Assembly (NCBI GenBank): GCA_963844035.1
Contig: CAWJMT010000035.1
Location: 160,001 to 224,000 of the forward strand
Source: an uncultured Gemmatimonadales bacterium
Lineage (GTDB): Bacteria > Gemmatimonadota > Gemmatimonadetes > Gemmatimonadales > GWC2-71-9
Length of the DNA: 64,000 bases
Reading direction: 5' to 3'
The position numbers and the translations under genes are program-made. This document shows positions 40,886-52,624 of this stretch, in pieces. The notes below the pieces were generated by a model. The model had not been told where the DNA came from, made no database searches, and saw nothing but the letters and a program-made list of their open reading frames with translations. Each line of letters starts with the position of its first letter. Position 1 is the first letter of the stretch.

Positions 40886-41917
40886 CATCATCGCCGGCTC
40901 CGCCCACCGTCGTCCGATGACCTCGGCGATCGCGCGTGCTTCGCGCATCAGCTGGGCAAACTGCTCGGGGTAGAGGGATTGGGCGCCGTCGGAGAGGGCG
41001 CCGTCGGGATTGGGGTGCACTTCCACCATGATGCCGTCCGCGCCGGCTGCCACGGCGGCACGCGCCATCGGGATCACCTTGTCGCGCAGGCCCGTGCCGT
41101 GCGAGGGATCGGCGATGATGGGCAGGTGGGAGAGCTTATGGACCACCGGAATGGCGGTGAGGTCGAACAAGTTCCGCGTCGTGGTGTCGAAGCTGCGGAC
41201 ACCGCGCTCGCACAGGATGACGTCGTGATTCCCTTCGGCGAGCAGGTATTCGGCGGACAGGAGCAGTTCCTCGATCGTCGCCGACATGCCGCGCTTGAGC
41301 AGCACCGGCTTCTTCGCGCGGCCGGCGGCCTTGAGCAGGGAGAAGTTCTGCATGTTGCGCGCGCCGATCTGAATGATATCGGCTGATTCCGCGATCCAGT
41401 CGACGCCTTCCGCGTCCATGGCCTCGGTGCAGATGAGGACGCCGGTTTCTTCCCGGGCCTTGGCGAGCAGCTTGAGCCCTGGCTTCCCAAGACCCTGGAA
41501 TGCGTAGGGGGACGAGCGCGGCTTCCACGCGCCGCCGCGGAGGATAGCGGCGCCCGCGTCCTTCACCAGCCGGGCGGACTCGAGGATCTGCTTTTCATTC
41601 TCGACGGAGCAGGGACCGGCGATGACTACGACCTCGGGTCCTCCTACCGTCACGCCGCCGGGGAGGCGCACGATGGTGGACTCGGGTTTCCACTCGCGGC
41701 TCACCTGCTTGTAGGGCTTTGTGACCTGTATGACGTCCTGAACGCCGGGCAGCCCCTCGAGCCGTGCGGCGTCGATCCGCCCGTCGTTTCCCACGATCCC
41801 CACCGCGGACCGTTGCGCGCCCGGCATCACACGGGCCTGGTAGCCCATGTCCTGTATCACCGCCACGACGCGCTGAACCTCCGCTTCAGTCGCGCCGTGC
41901 CGCATCACGATCAGCAC
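40877..41917 (-). CDS. aroF: DAHP synthase, type I-beta with N-terminal regulatory domain
   Basis: [27 protein letters not shown]. Confidence 0.95.
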   Translation of the reverse strand: MLIVMRHGATEAEVQRVVAVIQDMGYQARVMPGAQRSAVGIVGNDGRIDAARLEGLPGVQDVIQVTKPYKQVSREWKPESTIVRLPGGVTVGGPEVVVIAGPCSVENEKQILESARLVKDAGAAILRGGAWKPRSSPYAFQGLGKPGLKLLAKAREETGVLICTEAMDAEGVDWIAESADIIQIGARNMQNFSLLKAAGRAKKPVLLKRGMSATIEELLLSAEYLLAEGNHDVILCERGVRSFDTTTRNLFDLTAIPVVHKLSHLPIIADPSHGTGLRDKVIPMARAAVAAGADGIMVEVHPNPDGALSDGAQSLYPEQFAQLMREARAIAEVIGRRWAEPAMMGG

Positions 41918-42687
41918 GTCGGTGCGCCTCCAATGATGAATCGATCGCCGTCATTCGCCGCCGCTATCGGGCCCTTGAAGCGCTGGCCGGCGCTGCGCGC
42001 GGGGTCGGTAGTCTCTACCGGCGGATAGAAGTGCGTCAACACCAGCTTGCCGGCCCGCGCGTCACGTGCGAGGTCGCCGGCCTGCGTTGGGGTGAGATGG
42101 ATGTCCAGCGCCAGGTTGTCGGGCAGCGAGCACTCGGCAAGCAGCAGATCGCAGCCCGTGGCCCAGCGGGCGAGGTCGGCACTCGGTCCCGTGTCGCCGG
42201 TGAATACCAGCCGCCCTTCGGGCGCCGTCACGCTCACCGCGACGCTCTCCGGGGTGTGCGGCACGCGGCATGTTTCGAGACTCACGTCGGCGTTCAAGGG
42301 AAACGGCTCGCCGTCCCGGACGTCCAGAACGGCGATCGGGAACCCGGGATCGAGCAGCCAGGCGCCGAATCCCTGCGCCAGGGCCTTGACCAGGCGCACG
42401 GTTCCGGCAGGCCCGAGGATCACCAGGGGATCCGTGCGCGGCGGCTGCGCCGCATGCTTCAGGGCGAACACGAGCATCGGCAGCTCGCCAAAATGGTCCG
42501 GATGAAAATGTGTCAGCACCACGTGGGTGACGTTCTGCCAGGGCAGCCCGAACTCTGCAAGCCGGTGCAGCGCGCCGGCGCCGCAATCGAGCAGGATCCG
42601 GAGGTCCCCCTGATTCACCCAATGGCACGCCGCGGTGCGCCGCGCCGATGGTGCGACAGTCCCGGTGCCGACGGTGACGAGTTCCAT
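41911..42687 (-). CDS. RNase Z-like MBL-fold hydrolase
   Basis: [22 protein letters not shown]. Confidence 0.85.
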   Translation of the reverse strand: MELVTVGTGTVAPSARRTAACHWVNQGDLRILLDCGAGALHRLAEFGLPWQNVTHVVLTHFHPDHFGELPMLVFALKHAAQPPRTDPLVILGPAGTVRLVKALAQGFGAWLLDPGFPIAVLDVRDGEPFPLNADVSLETCRVPHTPESVAVSVTAPEGRLVFTGDTGPSADLARWATGCDLLLAECSLPDNLALDIHLTPTQAGDLARDARAGKLVLTHFYPPVETTDPARSAGQRFKGPIAAANDGDRFIIGGAPTC

Positions 42688-42690
42688 GAG

Positions 42691-43125
42691 CTAGGAATTC
42701 CTTCCGCGAAAGACGATCCGCCTGAACTGAGTTACCCCGCTGGCCCGCAGCTTGTACAAGTAGACCCCCGCCGGGACGTCCCGCCCGTCGTCCGCGCGGC
42801 CGTCCCACACCAGCCGGGGATCGCACGGGGCGCCCCCGCCGGGGCTCCGGCCGTAGCGGCCCGGCGCGACCGTGGCGTCCCACCCGGGCCCTGGTACCAG
42901 GCGCCGCACCGGGCTGCCCCGAAGATCGAGAATGTCGAGCTGGACCTCGCCGGCCACCGCCAGATCGAAGGAGAGGCAGGTCGCGTCCTGACCCGGTACG
43001 GGGAAGGGATTGGGAAAGTTTTGGTACAGCAGCGTCACCGCCGGCAGGTCGTCCGGCTGTTGCGCCGGCAACGGCGTTCCGGCCGCCAGGCACAACAGGG
43101 TGGCGGCCCACGAGAGCATGCGCAT
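42691..43125 (-). CDS. Exported FlgD-Ig / Por-secretion-tail-like domain protein
   Basis: Signal peptide, LYQNFPNPF, WDGRADDGRDVPAGVYLYKL. Confidence 0.75.
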   Translation of the reverse strand: MRMLSWAATLLCLAAGTPLPAQQPDDLPAVTLLYQNFPNPFPVPGQDATCLSFDLAVAGEVQLDILDLRGSPVRRLVPGPGWDATVAPGRYGRSPGGGAPCDPRLVWDGRADDGRDVPAGVYLYKLRASGVTQFRRIVFRGRNS

Positions 43126-43133
43126 CCGGCGAG

Positions 43134-46100
43134 CTAGACGGGTTCCATCTGGCCGAGGCGGACGCCGACGATCGTCGAGACCCCGGGCTCCTGCATCGTG
43201 ACGCCGTAGACCGCGTCGGCGGCCTGCATCGTGCGAGGGTTGTGCGTGATCACGATGAATTGCGTCTGGTCCTTGAACTCCGTGAGCAACCGCACGTAGC
43301 GGCCGACGTTGGCGTCGTCGAGCGGCGCATCCACCTCGTCGAGCAGGCAGAACGGGCTCGGCTTGGCGAGGAAGATGGCGAACAGCAGCGATACCGCCAC
43401 GAGCGTCCGCTCGCCGGAGGACAGGAGATGAATGCGCTGCGTGCGCTTCCCCCGCGGGGCCGCGTGGATCTCGATCGCGCTGTCGAGCGGCTCGTCCTCG
43501 TTGGCCAGGCGCACATCGCACTCCCCTCCACCGAACAGCGTCTGGAACACCGACCGGAAGTTCTCCCGAACCTTCCCAAACGATTCGAGGAACAGTCCCT
43601 TGGCCGTTTGGTCGATTTCGCGCGCCGCCTGCTGCAGTGAGCTGCGCGCGGCCACCAGGTCGTCCCGCTGGGTCATCAGGAATTCGAGGCGCTTCATCTC
43701 CTCGCCGTGCTCGTCGACCGCGAGCGCGTTCACCGGCCCCACGGCGTCGATCGCCTCCTTGAGACGCTCGTTCTCCTGTCGCAGCCACTCGATATCCCCC
43801 TGGACCTCAGGCGCCTGCTCGAGCAACCGATCGAGCGGCTTGCGCCATTCGGCCTCGACCCGCGCCGCGAGCGCCTGTTTGCGGCCCAACACTTCGGAGC
43901 GCTCCAGCTCGAGCCGGTGGGTCTCGCTACCCAGCGTGCTCAAGGATTGGCGATGCTCCTCGAGCGCCGCTTCGCCGCGTGCGACGTCTCCCTCGGCGTC
44001 CTGCACGCGGGTCTCCGCGTCGAGCGCCGCCGCGCCCAGCGCACCCAGCGCCTGGCGGCGGTCCTTCAACGTGTCTTCCCACTGAGTCCGCTGCGTCTCG
44101 AGCGTGGCCGCGTCGCGATCGATCTCCCCGATCTCTTGTACGAGCGCGGTGGCCTGCTCGCGAGCCGCTGTGGCGTCCGCCGCGGCGCGTGCCGCCCGCT
44201 CCGCAGCCGCGGCCCGGCGAGCCTCCATCTGCGCCACCTCGACCTGCCAGCGCACGCGTTCCTCCCGCGCCGCCTCCTGCTGCGCGTCCAGCTCGGTGAG
44301 CCGGGCGCGGTGGCCTTCCAAACGTTCGTCGAGCCCGACCCGCTCGAGCTCGTGCTGCTCCAACATGGCGTGCAGCGCCGTGAGCCGCGTTTCCACCTCC
44401 GCGAGGCGGCGCGACAGCCGCGCAACCTGTGCCTCCGCGTCTGTGGTTTCGCGGTGCGCGTGCGCTGCCGCCCGCTCGGCGTCGCCCTTGTGGGCCCCCG
44501 TCTCGATTTCCACCTGGCGGGCGCGCTCGGCGGCGGTTGCGGCGGCGGCGTAAGCGGCCTCAGCGGCCGCCAGCTCTCCCAACGCATCCTCGAGCTCCTT
44601 CACGGCCCCGGCTCGGGCCGTCTCTCCCGCTGCCACGTCGTGCTCCAGCCCCTCCAACTCGGCGCGGCGCAGCAATGGCCCCCCGGAGCTCGTCCCGGCG
44701 AGCAGGATCGCCCCGTTGGCACGGCGCAGCGCGAACCCGTCGTCCAGCACCTCGTGGCCTGCCAGCAGCGCGTGCACCCACGCTGCCGCCGGGCCGTCGG
44801 CCCGGAGCTCGTCCTTGAGGAGATGTCCGTCGGCCGCGAGCCGGGGGCCCGGAACACAGGGCAGCAGCAGCAACGGGCCGGGTTGGGCTGACGCTGTGCC
44901 AGCGACGGATGCCGTCAATCACCGACGCATCGCGCACCAGCACCGCGTGGAGCCATTCTCCCAGCAACCGCTCGGCGAGCTCGGCATCGCGGCGGCTGGT
45001 GCGCACGAAGTCCGCCAGCGGACCGAGCACACCGTCTCCGAACTGGTCCCTGGCCTTGAGCAACGCCTGCGCGGCGGGCGCGAGACCCACCCGCTCGCGA
45101 TCGAGCTCGGCAAGAGCGTCACGGCGCGCCGTGACCTGAGCCAACGCTTCCTCCGCCTGGCGGCGGGTGGCGCGCCCTCGCGCTTCACGTTCCTTCGCGG
45201 CGGCAACCCGGTGCCGCTCTTGGTCAACGGAGTTTGCGGCCTCGTGCGCTTCGCGGGCCTGCGTTGCCGCGCGCTGCGCGAGGGCGGTCACCTCTACGGC
45301 TGCGGCCTGCTCGGCGGCATGGCGGGCGGCACGTTCCCCCGCCGCCTGGCCGAGCTGTTGCTTCAGCTCGGCACGCTCACGCTCGAGCGCGGTCCGCTCG
45401 CCCTCGAGCGAGCGAGTTTCCTCGGCCCGGCGCTGCAGGACCTCCTCCGACGCCCGAACGACCGACCGCTGTTCCCCCAGGAGATCCCGCACGGCCTGCT
45501 CGTCCCCGGTGCGACGCTCCAGCTCGGCTTGCACCCCCGACAGCTCACCCTCGGCGGCCATCTGCTCCGCGGCCGCGGCTTCGTGCTCGCGTTCCGCCTG
45601 GGCGGCTCGCAGGTCGGCCTGCGCGCGGTCCTGCCCGGCTTTGGCGCGCCGTTGTCCGGCGTTGTAGAGGCGCTCAGCGGCGACGGCCAGGTCGCCCTCC
45701 AGCCGCCCGATCTCGAGCTTGGCGTCGGCGAGCCGGCGCGCGACTTCGGTCCGCTGGGCTTCGGCGGTGTGGCGAGCCTGGACTCGCGTCTCCCGTGTGC
45801 GCTCCGCTTCAGCGAAGGCGGCACGCGCGGCCGGCATGCCCGCCGCCAGCTCAGTGGCGCGCACGCCGAGGGCGCCGAGCGTCAGGTCGAAGTCCTCGAG
45901 CTCGCGGCGCACGAGGGTCAGAGCGATCCCGAACCGCTCGTCGATCATCTTGCCGTAGCGCTCCGCCTTGCCGCGCTGCCGCGCCAGACTGCGAACCTGG
46001 GTCTGCACTTCGGCGATGAGATCCTCGAGGCGCGCCAGGTCGGCGCTCGTCTCTTCCAGGCGGCGCTCGGTGCTGCGTTTGCGGTCGCGATACAGTCCGA

Positions 46101-46599
46101 TCCCTGCGGCCTCCTCGAAGAGCGAGCGCCGCTCTTCGGCTTTTTCGGAGAGCAGCTCGTCGATCATCTTGGCTTCCATCACGACGGCGGCTCCCGCACC
46201 CAACCCCGTGCCGCGGAGCAGGTCCTGAATGTCCCGCAGGCGCACCGGCGCGCGGTTGAGGAGGTATTCGCTCTGCCCCGAGCGCGACAACCGCCGGGTG
46301 ACCACGACCTCCTGATAGGCCAGCGGGAGCATGCCGTCCGAGTTGTCGAAGACGAGGGAGACTTCCGCGACGTTCACCGGCCGGCGGCCGGTGGAGCCTT
46401 GAAAGATCACGTCCTCCATCTTGCCGCCGCGCAGCAACCGGGGCGATTGCTCGCCCAACACCCAGCGCACGGCGTCCGATATGTTCGACTTGCCGCAGCC
46501 GTTCGGCCCCACGATGGATGTGACACCGTTGTCGAACGGCAGCTCGACCGACCCCGCAAACGATTTGAAACCCGAAAGCTCCAGCCGGCTCAATCTCAT
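43134..46599 (-). CDS. smc: Chromosome segregation protein SMC (frameshift near 44895)
   Basis: GFKSF, GPNGCGKSN, coiled coils, LSSGE, LDEVDAPLD, ITH. Confidence 0.95.
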
Positions 46600-47885
46600 G
46601 GTGTGGTTTCTACCCGCGTGATGAGTGTGGCTTGAATGCCGGCCCGCTCCAGCTGGGCCTGCGTCGCACTGGCTTGTTCGGGGGACTCGAACGCGCCGAC
46701 CAGGGTCGCCGCGTTCCCGCGTCCCGGCATCGCGGGGATGCCTTGCCGTCGCAGACTGTCGGGGTCCATGGGGTCGGCGAGCGCGAGCGAGTAGGGGGCA
46801 CGCAGCAGCTCGCCTTGCCCCGGTGGGACCACCCGGCGGTCCCAGAGCGCATCCCGAGCCGCGGCGGCCGAGTCACGAGTGGGATACGAGCCGAACAGCA
46901 CCCGGTACCACACCGTGCCGCGTCCCAGCGGGACGAGAGTGACGAAGCTTGCGGTTGCGCCCGCGCCCGCCACGTCCTCGCTCACCCGGTCCGCCAGCGC
47001 GAGCGCCTTGTCGAGCGTCCCGTACGCGGCCAGTTGAACGGTCCAGGCGAGGGTGTCGGCGCGTGGTGGAGCTGGAGGAGTCGGTCGTGGAGCCGGCTGC
47101 GTGACTCCCCGGGCGGCCGCTGGGGCAGGGTGGCTGGTGTCGAGCGACAGCACCCCCCAGCCCCCGGCCGCTCCCGCCGCCAGGGTGGCCACGACCACGA
47201 CCGGTCGGGCGGCACGTCGCCGCGGTCGACGGGTGGGGGCGGGAGGGGGGGTGGGGGCGCGGACGGGGGCCGATACGCGAGCAGCAGTACCTGAGACGGC
47301 GTGCTCCGGCGCAGGGCTCCAGCTATCGCGCACCACGCCAAGCATCGGAACGCCTCGCTCGGTCGCGGCAATGATTCCCTGGCCGATCGACGACTCCGGC
47401 TCGAATCCATCGGGCGACAAAACGATGAGGCCGTCCGGGGTGGCGGCGAGTCGGGCGAGGCCGCCGGCGGAAAGGTACAGGAGGAGCAGTGCGCCCTCGG
47501 AGCGAAACCCGGCGTGCAACTTCTTCCAACGCGCGTGTCCGAATATCTCGCCGGCGCTCGCCGTGTAGGATCCGGCGGCGATGAAGAAGACGCCATCCAC
47601 CTCGTGCGCCGTCCTGGTCAACGACACGCCGTACTCGAACGCGTCGACAATCCCGTCGCTCGGCGTGTATCCAATCACTTCGTGCAACCTTGGCTCTTCG
47701 ATCCAGAGATCGACGAGGGCGACACGACGGTTCTGGTGCACCGCCGCGCGCGCGACGTCCCACGCAGCCTGGGCGGACCATCGCAGGTCGCCGGTGGCGG
47801 GCACGAGTGCGACGAGCGCCTGGGATTCCACCAGCGTCGGGATCAGGTTCCCGAGTCGCGATCGAGGGAGCGGGCGGGGCGTCAC
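46596..47885 (-). CDS. Membrane protein: degenerate ParA/BY-kinase-like domain, TM segment, SPOR domain(s)
   Basis: RRVALVDL..EPRLHE..DGIVD; TM segment; WTVQLAAY, WYRVLFGSY, VGAFES. Confidence 0.7.
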   Translation of the reverse strand: MTPRPLPRSRLGNLIPTLVESQALVALVPATGDLRWSAQAAWDVARAAVHQNRRVALVDLWIEEPRLHEVIGYTPSDGIVDAFEYGVSLTRTAHEVDGVFFIAAGSYTASAGEIFGHARWKKLHAGFRSEGALLLLYLSAGGLARLAATPDGLIVLSPDGFEPESSIGQGIIAATERGVPMLGVVRDSWSPAPEHAVSGTAARVSAPVRAPTPPPAPTRRPRRRAARPVVVVATLAAGAAGGWGVLSLDTSHPAPAAARGVTQPAPRPTPPAPPRADTLAWTVQLAAYGTLDKALALADRVSEDVAGAGATASFVTLVPLGRGTVWYRVLFGSYPTRDSAAAARDALWDRRVVPPGQGELLRAPYSLALADPMDPDSLRRQGIPAMPGRGNAATLVGAFESPEQASATQAQLERAGIQATLITRVETTP

Positions 47886-49322
47886 GGCGGGGGCTGGTAG
47901 ATCCAGTAGGGGCGACCCAGCTTGCGCCCGATGGCTTCCGCCTGATCGCGGCTCTCATACGGGCCGAGGACCACTCGGTAGCCCGTCGTCGAGTCCCTTG
48001 GGTGGCAGCACGCGGGCGATGAGCCCGGCGCGGGAGAGCTGCTGCGCCATCTGCGTGGACCACGCCTCGTTTTGGGACGTGGAAACCTGTACGTAGAGGG
48101 GACCTTCAGTCCCGGCAGCGCCGCCGAGCGCTGCTGCTGCGCTGTCGGGCACAAGCGACGACGCCTGCGCGTCGAGCATGCCGCGGAAGCTCGAGCGTCC
48201 CGGTGAGAACACCCACAGATCCGCGTTGGCCGCCGCCACGCGCCCCGTTTCCTTGACCAGCGTGTCAGCGCGATAAGCCACGACGTCGTTGCCTTGGCCG
48301 ACCAGCAGTGTGCCGTCCGGTCCGATGGCCGGAAGATCGGAGTCCCACGATGTCGCCACGCTCCCGACCATTGTCTTGATCGGGAGGTCCACGATCCACA
48401 CCGAGTCCCCGATCGACGGGCGCGCCAGCAACCAGCGTCCGAAGGGGTCGAGCCGAACGGTGGCGGCGGGGGTCGGTAGCGCTACGCCGTCGACTTCGGC
48501 CCGCTCGTAGCGATCCACCACCGCGAGACCGGCGCCGGTGCGCCGGGTGACATATGCGCGATGACCGGACGGGGAGAACGCGACCGTCCGCGGATGATCG
48601 GCGAGGGGCACGAAGGCCGGCTCGCGGCGCGCGAGTGGATCGACCAGGAGTATGCCGCTGTCGCTCGCGACGGCGACCAGGTCTCCCCATCGGGTTGCGG
48701 CAACGTCACCGGTGATCGGGAGGACCCGCATCGCGGGAGGTTGATCGGCGGCGACGGCGATGAGCCGGAGGGTCGAGGGATGGGCCGTGTCGCCCGGCAC
48801 CACTGCGATGAGCCGCTGATCGGCGGCGCCGAACATCTCTCGCGGGACGGCGCTCAACGGCTGCGGCCATGTGCGGCGCGCCCGCCGCGCAACAGTCACC
48901 ACATGGCGCTTGGCGTCGACGACGAACAGGGTCTGGTCGGGCCCGAGCACGGTGACGACGACGCTGGTGGCCACCGTATCGACCCGACCTGTTTCGAGAT
49001 CGAGTGACAGCAGATCGTTGGTCGCCGTCGTGACGAAGAGCAGGTGGGACTCCACGTCGAGCCCCACCACTCGGGCAACGGCGGGGAGGCGCCCGCGCGC
49101 GGCGCTAGGCATCTCCGTGAGTGTCGGCAGGCGGTAGGCGCGGACCGGTCCGCCCTTTCGAGCCAGGCGGAGCGCGAGTGCGGGATGGCGGGGTGGGGCG
49201 GTGACCCGCTTCTTAACTACTTGTTGTGACTGCGATTGCGACGACTGAGCGGCGGGCGCCTGGGACCGGCAGCCCCATAGCGCGAGACCGGCGCAGAGGA
49301 GAATCCAAGAACGGGTGTGCAA
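47882..49322 (-). CDS. Lipoprotein with beta-propeller and SPOR domain (frameshift near 47980)
   Basis: LWG-C lipobox; VAFSPSG; YVQVST...YRVVLGPY. Confidence 0.75.
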
Positions 49323-49385
49323 AAGGCCTCGCCGGAGAAGATAGGCAACCGGCGAGGCCAAGGCAAGTGTTTTAGTGATGCGGAG

Positions 49386-52300
49386 TTAGAACGTCGGGCC
49401 GAGGCTGACGGTCCAGTACGGCCGGTCGTACGCGCGGTCGAGCGGCTTGGTGTAGTCGAACCGGAGCGGGATCCCGAGGATGTTCGCGCGAATCGACCCG
49501 CCCCAACTCTTCAACGGGCTGCGATACCGCCCTTGGAGCCCGACCGGCTGGTGCCCGACGATCGTGGATCCATCGAGCCACGACATGCCGACATCGAAGA
49601 ACATCGCGCCCTCGATCGGCGGCAGGGCGATCGGGAGCAGCCCGAGCGCCAGCGACCGGGTCAACGGGAAGCGAAGCTCGACGTTGGCAACGGCCGCGCG
49701 CGATCCGATCAACTGGTCGAGGGCCGGGCATCCGGTCTCCACCCCGGGCAACGCGCCAATGATCGGCGCGATGTTCGAGACCTGCGCGTAGCACTCGTGA
49801 TTGATGATCGAGGTGGCGGTGTAGCCGCGTATCAGGTCGGGGTTGCCGAGCACCACGGGGAACTGATTCGCATCTCGACCGAAGCGGCCGAAGAACAGGC
49901 CCCGGAACGCCAGCGTGAAGGGCTGGGCGAAAAAGTAGCGGCGCAGGTCGACGACGGTTCCGGTGAACCTCCAGCCACCGACGGCCGGGGCGATCTGCAG
50001 GCGGTGGCGGCTGCCGGCGAACGGCCCGACGGGACCGAACAGCGTGTTGTCGTGCGTGTAGGCGATGGTCGGAGCGACGTAGCCGATCGACGGGTGAATG
50101 CTGGTCGTGGAATTACCCACGCCGAGCGGCCGGCCGCTCGCATCGAAGTACTGCTGTTGCTGGAGGATGGCGTCGGACATCCCGACCAGATGCAGCCCGT
50201 ACTCAATACGATTGAAGCGGTTCAAGGGATAGAACGCGACGACAAACGCATCCCGTACGACCAAGCGGCGGATGCGGGTCGTGAAGAAAACGGAGCCCGG
50301 TGGGGCACCCGGAGTCGTCACTTGGCCCACGCTGCTCGGGATGTAGTAGTAGTTGGGTGTCTGACTTACCCCCATGACGCGGTTCGTGCGGTGTCTCTGG
50401 TCGAAGTATGCGGCCAGAAACTGCGACTCCCCTACTCGTCCGTTGAGCTGGAACGCGAAATTCAGGGTTCGGTCGCCGAGCATGTCGGAGAGCGAGATGC
50501 CCGTTCCACCGAACACGCCACGCCCAAAGTTGTCGCGCTGGTACCCGATGGTGGGCTGGGCGACGAAGTCTGTGGAGAAGCGCGTCCGGTACCGACTGAT
50601 CTGGAACGTCGCGGTATCCGGCAGCGCCAGGTTGACCGAATCGAGGAGCGTGCGGACCGACACCGGCGCCGTGGCTCCGGCCTCGCTCGAGTCGGGAAGC
50701 GCCGGGGTTGCGTCTGACGAGCGAAGGCCGCCGGGCGACCGGTACGTAGACGTGGCGGGGTGCAGCTCCTCCTGCTCCGGCGTGGGGGCGGGAGGTGCCA
50801 CTGCCGCATCCTGCAGCGCATTCGGAAGCATGGACACGGTCGCCAGGGTTACCGGCTCGCGATACGGCTCGCGCCGCAGCGACCGCGGGTTGTCGACCGT
50901 GTAGACGTTGTAGTTACCCCCTTCGTAGTAGCCGAAGGCGAGACGATCGGCCTGGCGTGCCCACGAGAGACAGGGGGACAACGGTGTGATGCCGGAGACC
51001 CCGGTGTACACGTCGGTCAGCTGATAGATGTTGCGGTCCATCAGGTCGTACAGGAACAGGTTGGTGATGCCTGTACGATCTGAGACAAACACCAAGGATT
51101 TGCCGTCGGGCGCCCACACCGGGTTGACGTTCCTGCCCCGGTCCATGTGGTTCAGCACCTCGATATGGCCGGTCTCGAGATGGTAGAGCCCAATCCGCAT
51201 GTTGCCGAACCGCAACATGCTGAAGTCGGTACCGGGGCCGCGGTCGGTGGCGAATGCGATCGTCTTGCCGTCGGGCGACCAGGACGCCTGAAGATCCGCG
51301 TACCGGTCGTTGGTGAGCCGGCGCAGGTCAGTGCCGTCGCGGTTGACGATGAAGAGATCGGAGATGCCACCATCCTGCCCGGTGAAGAGGATCTGCGTTC
51401 CGTCGGGTGACCACGACGGGCTCAGGGCCCCATTCAGGGGGAGCGGAATACGTCCCGCCTCGCGGTCCTTGGCCACGTCGATGATGACGATGTCGTCGCG
51501 ATCCTTGTGTTTGACGGCGATCGCGAAGAACTGGCCGTCCTGCGAGAACGAGCCCGCTGAGTTGATGAACCGCAGGCTCTCGTAATTGCTGTTGATCGTG
51601 GACTTGATCAGCTGGCGCTTGACGCGGCCGGTCTCGCCGTCCGCGATGTACAAATCGATGAAGAAGGAGTTGCGCTCGCTGAGGTAGACGATGTCCTTGC
51701 CATCGGGCGAGAGTGCCGCCGACAGGTGGAGCCCGCCCCCGGAGCGCCGCTCCGTGAGCACCGGCTTGGCGATGCGGCGTGCCCGATAGTGGTCGGCGAG
51801 CTGCGGCAGGACGGTCGTCTGGACCGCGTCACGCCATTCGTCCGACAGCTCCTCGAGCGGGCGGTTCAGCGAACGCCGGAACGCGCCTTCAATCCCCGCC
51901 GAAACCGACGACTGGAGGATCTCCCCGATGATCTCGTCACCCCATTTCTCGCCCACGTACGCCATGAGCGCGTGGCCGAAATGGTAGGGGAAGACGCGCG
52001 GGTCGAAGGTCATCTGCGCGATGGAAGGCAGCGTTCCCTCGATCGACGCGTCGCGCAGCCACATCATGGTGAGCGCGTCGGGAGGACCGAGTGACAGGTA
52101 CTCTGCCATGCCCTCCATGAACCACAACGGCGGCTGCACGTTGGTCAGGGTCTGGAGGCCGCCGCCGATCTGCCCGTGGGCGTAGACGTCGAACTGGAAC
52201 TGGTGCACCATCTCGTGCTGGAGCACGTGCTCCAGCTCTTCATAGGAGCCCGTGAAGGGCAACACCATGCGGTGCTTCAACGGCTCGGTGAACCCCCCGA

Positions 52301-52619
52301 TGCCCTCACTGAGGTCGTTCGAGGTGTTGGTCTGAATGAAGTCGGATGACGAGGCGTACAAGATGATCGGCTTGCGCACCTTGAACTGGTGATTCAAGAT
52401 GCGCGACAGGCGCGCGTACCCGCGTTCCGCCATGCGGGCGGCGTCGAGCGCGGCAGTCCGCTCACGCTCGTAGAAATACACCTCGAAATGATCGGTGCGG
52501 ATCACCTGCCATTCGAAGCTGTTGTACTGGACTTTGTTCTGGCCGAAGTACCCCTGCGCCGCAACCTGTCCCACTCCAAGCGCCAACAGCACGACCGCAA
52601 GTCCGCTGAACCGTCGCAT
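49386..52619 (-). CDS. Omp85-family protein with N-terminal gluzincin-like peptidase and PD40/TolB propeller
   Basis: HEMVH + WFMEGMAEY; repeated SWSPDG; IRGY, NVELRFP, FFDVG; terminal Phe. Confidence 0.85.
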   Translation of the reverse strand: MRRFSGLAVVLLALGVGQVAAQGYFGQNKVQYNSFEWQVIRTDHFEVYFYERERTAALDAARMAERGYARLSRILNHQFKVRKPIILYASSSDFIQTNTSNDLSEGIGGFTEPLKHRMVLPFTGSYEELEHVLQHEMVHQFQFDVYAHGQIGGGLQTLTNVQPPLWFMEGMAEYLSLGPPDALTMMWLRDASIEGTLPSIAQMTFDPRVFPYHFGHALMAYVGEKWGDEIIGEILQSSVSAGIEGAFRRSLNRPLEELSDEWRDAVQTTVLPQLADHYRARRIAKPVLTERRSGGGLHLSAALSPDGKDIVYLSERNSFFIDLYIADGETGRVKRQLIKSTINSNYESLRFINSAGSFSQDGQFFAIAVKHKDRDDIVIIDVAKDREAGRIPLPLNGALSPSWSPDGTQILFTGQDGGISDLFIVNRDGTDLRRLTNDRYADLQASWSPDGKTIAFATDRGPGTDFSMLRFGNMRIGLYHLETGHIEVLNHMDRGRNVNPVWAPDGKSLVFVSDRTGITNLFLYDLMDRNIYQLTDVYTGVSGITPLSPCLSWARQADRLAFGYYEGGNYNVYTVDNPRSLRREPYREPVTLATVSMLPNALQDAAVAPPAPTPEQEELHPATSTYRSPGGLRSSDATPALPDSSEAGATAPVSVRTLLDSVNLALPDTATFQISRYRTRFSTDFVAQPTIGYQRDNFGRGVFGGTGISLSDMLGDRTLNFAFQLNGRVGESQFLAAYFDQRHRTNRVMGVSQTPNYYYIPSSVGQVTTPGAPPGSVFFTTRIRRLVVRDAFVVAFYPLNRFNRIEYGLHLVGMSDAILQQQQYFDASGRPLGVGNSTTSIHPSIGYVAPTIAYTHDNTLFGPVGPFAGSRHRLQIAPAVGGWRFTGTVVDLRRYFFAQPFTLAFRGLFFGRFGRDANQFPVVLGNPDLIRGYTATSIINHECYAQVSNIAPIIGALPGVETGCPALDQLIGSRAAVANVELRFPLTRSLALGLLPIALPPIEGAMFFDVGMSWLDGSTIVGHQPVGLQGRYRSPLKSWGGSIRANILGIPLRFDYTKPLDRAYDRPYWTVSLGPTF

Positions 52620-52624
52620 TACAC

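Noticed and set aside
17402..46635. Long antisense or alternate-frame ORFs (e.g. 17402..18712, 19184..20932, 32094..33740, 38414..40117, 44716..46635)
   Set aside because: Shadow ORFs of well-supported genes, expected in high-GC DNA; they show no motifs.
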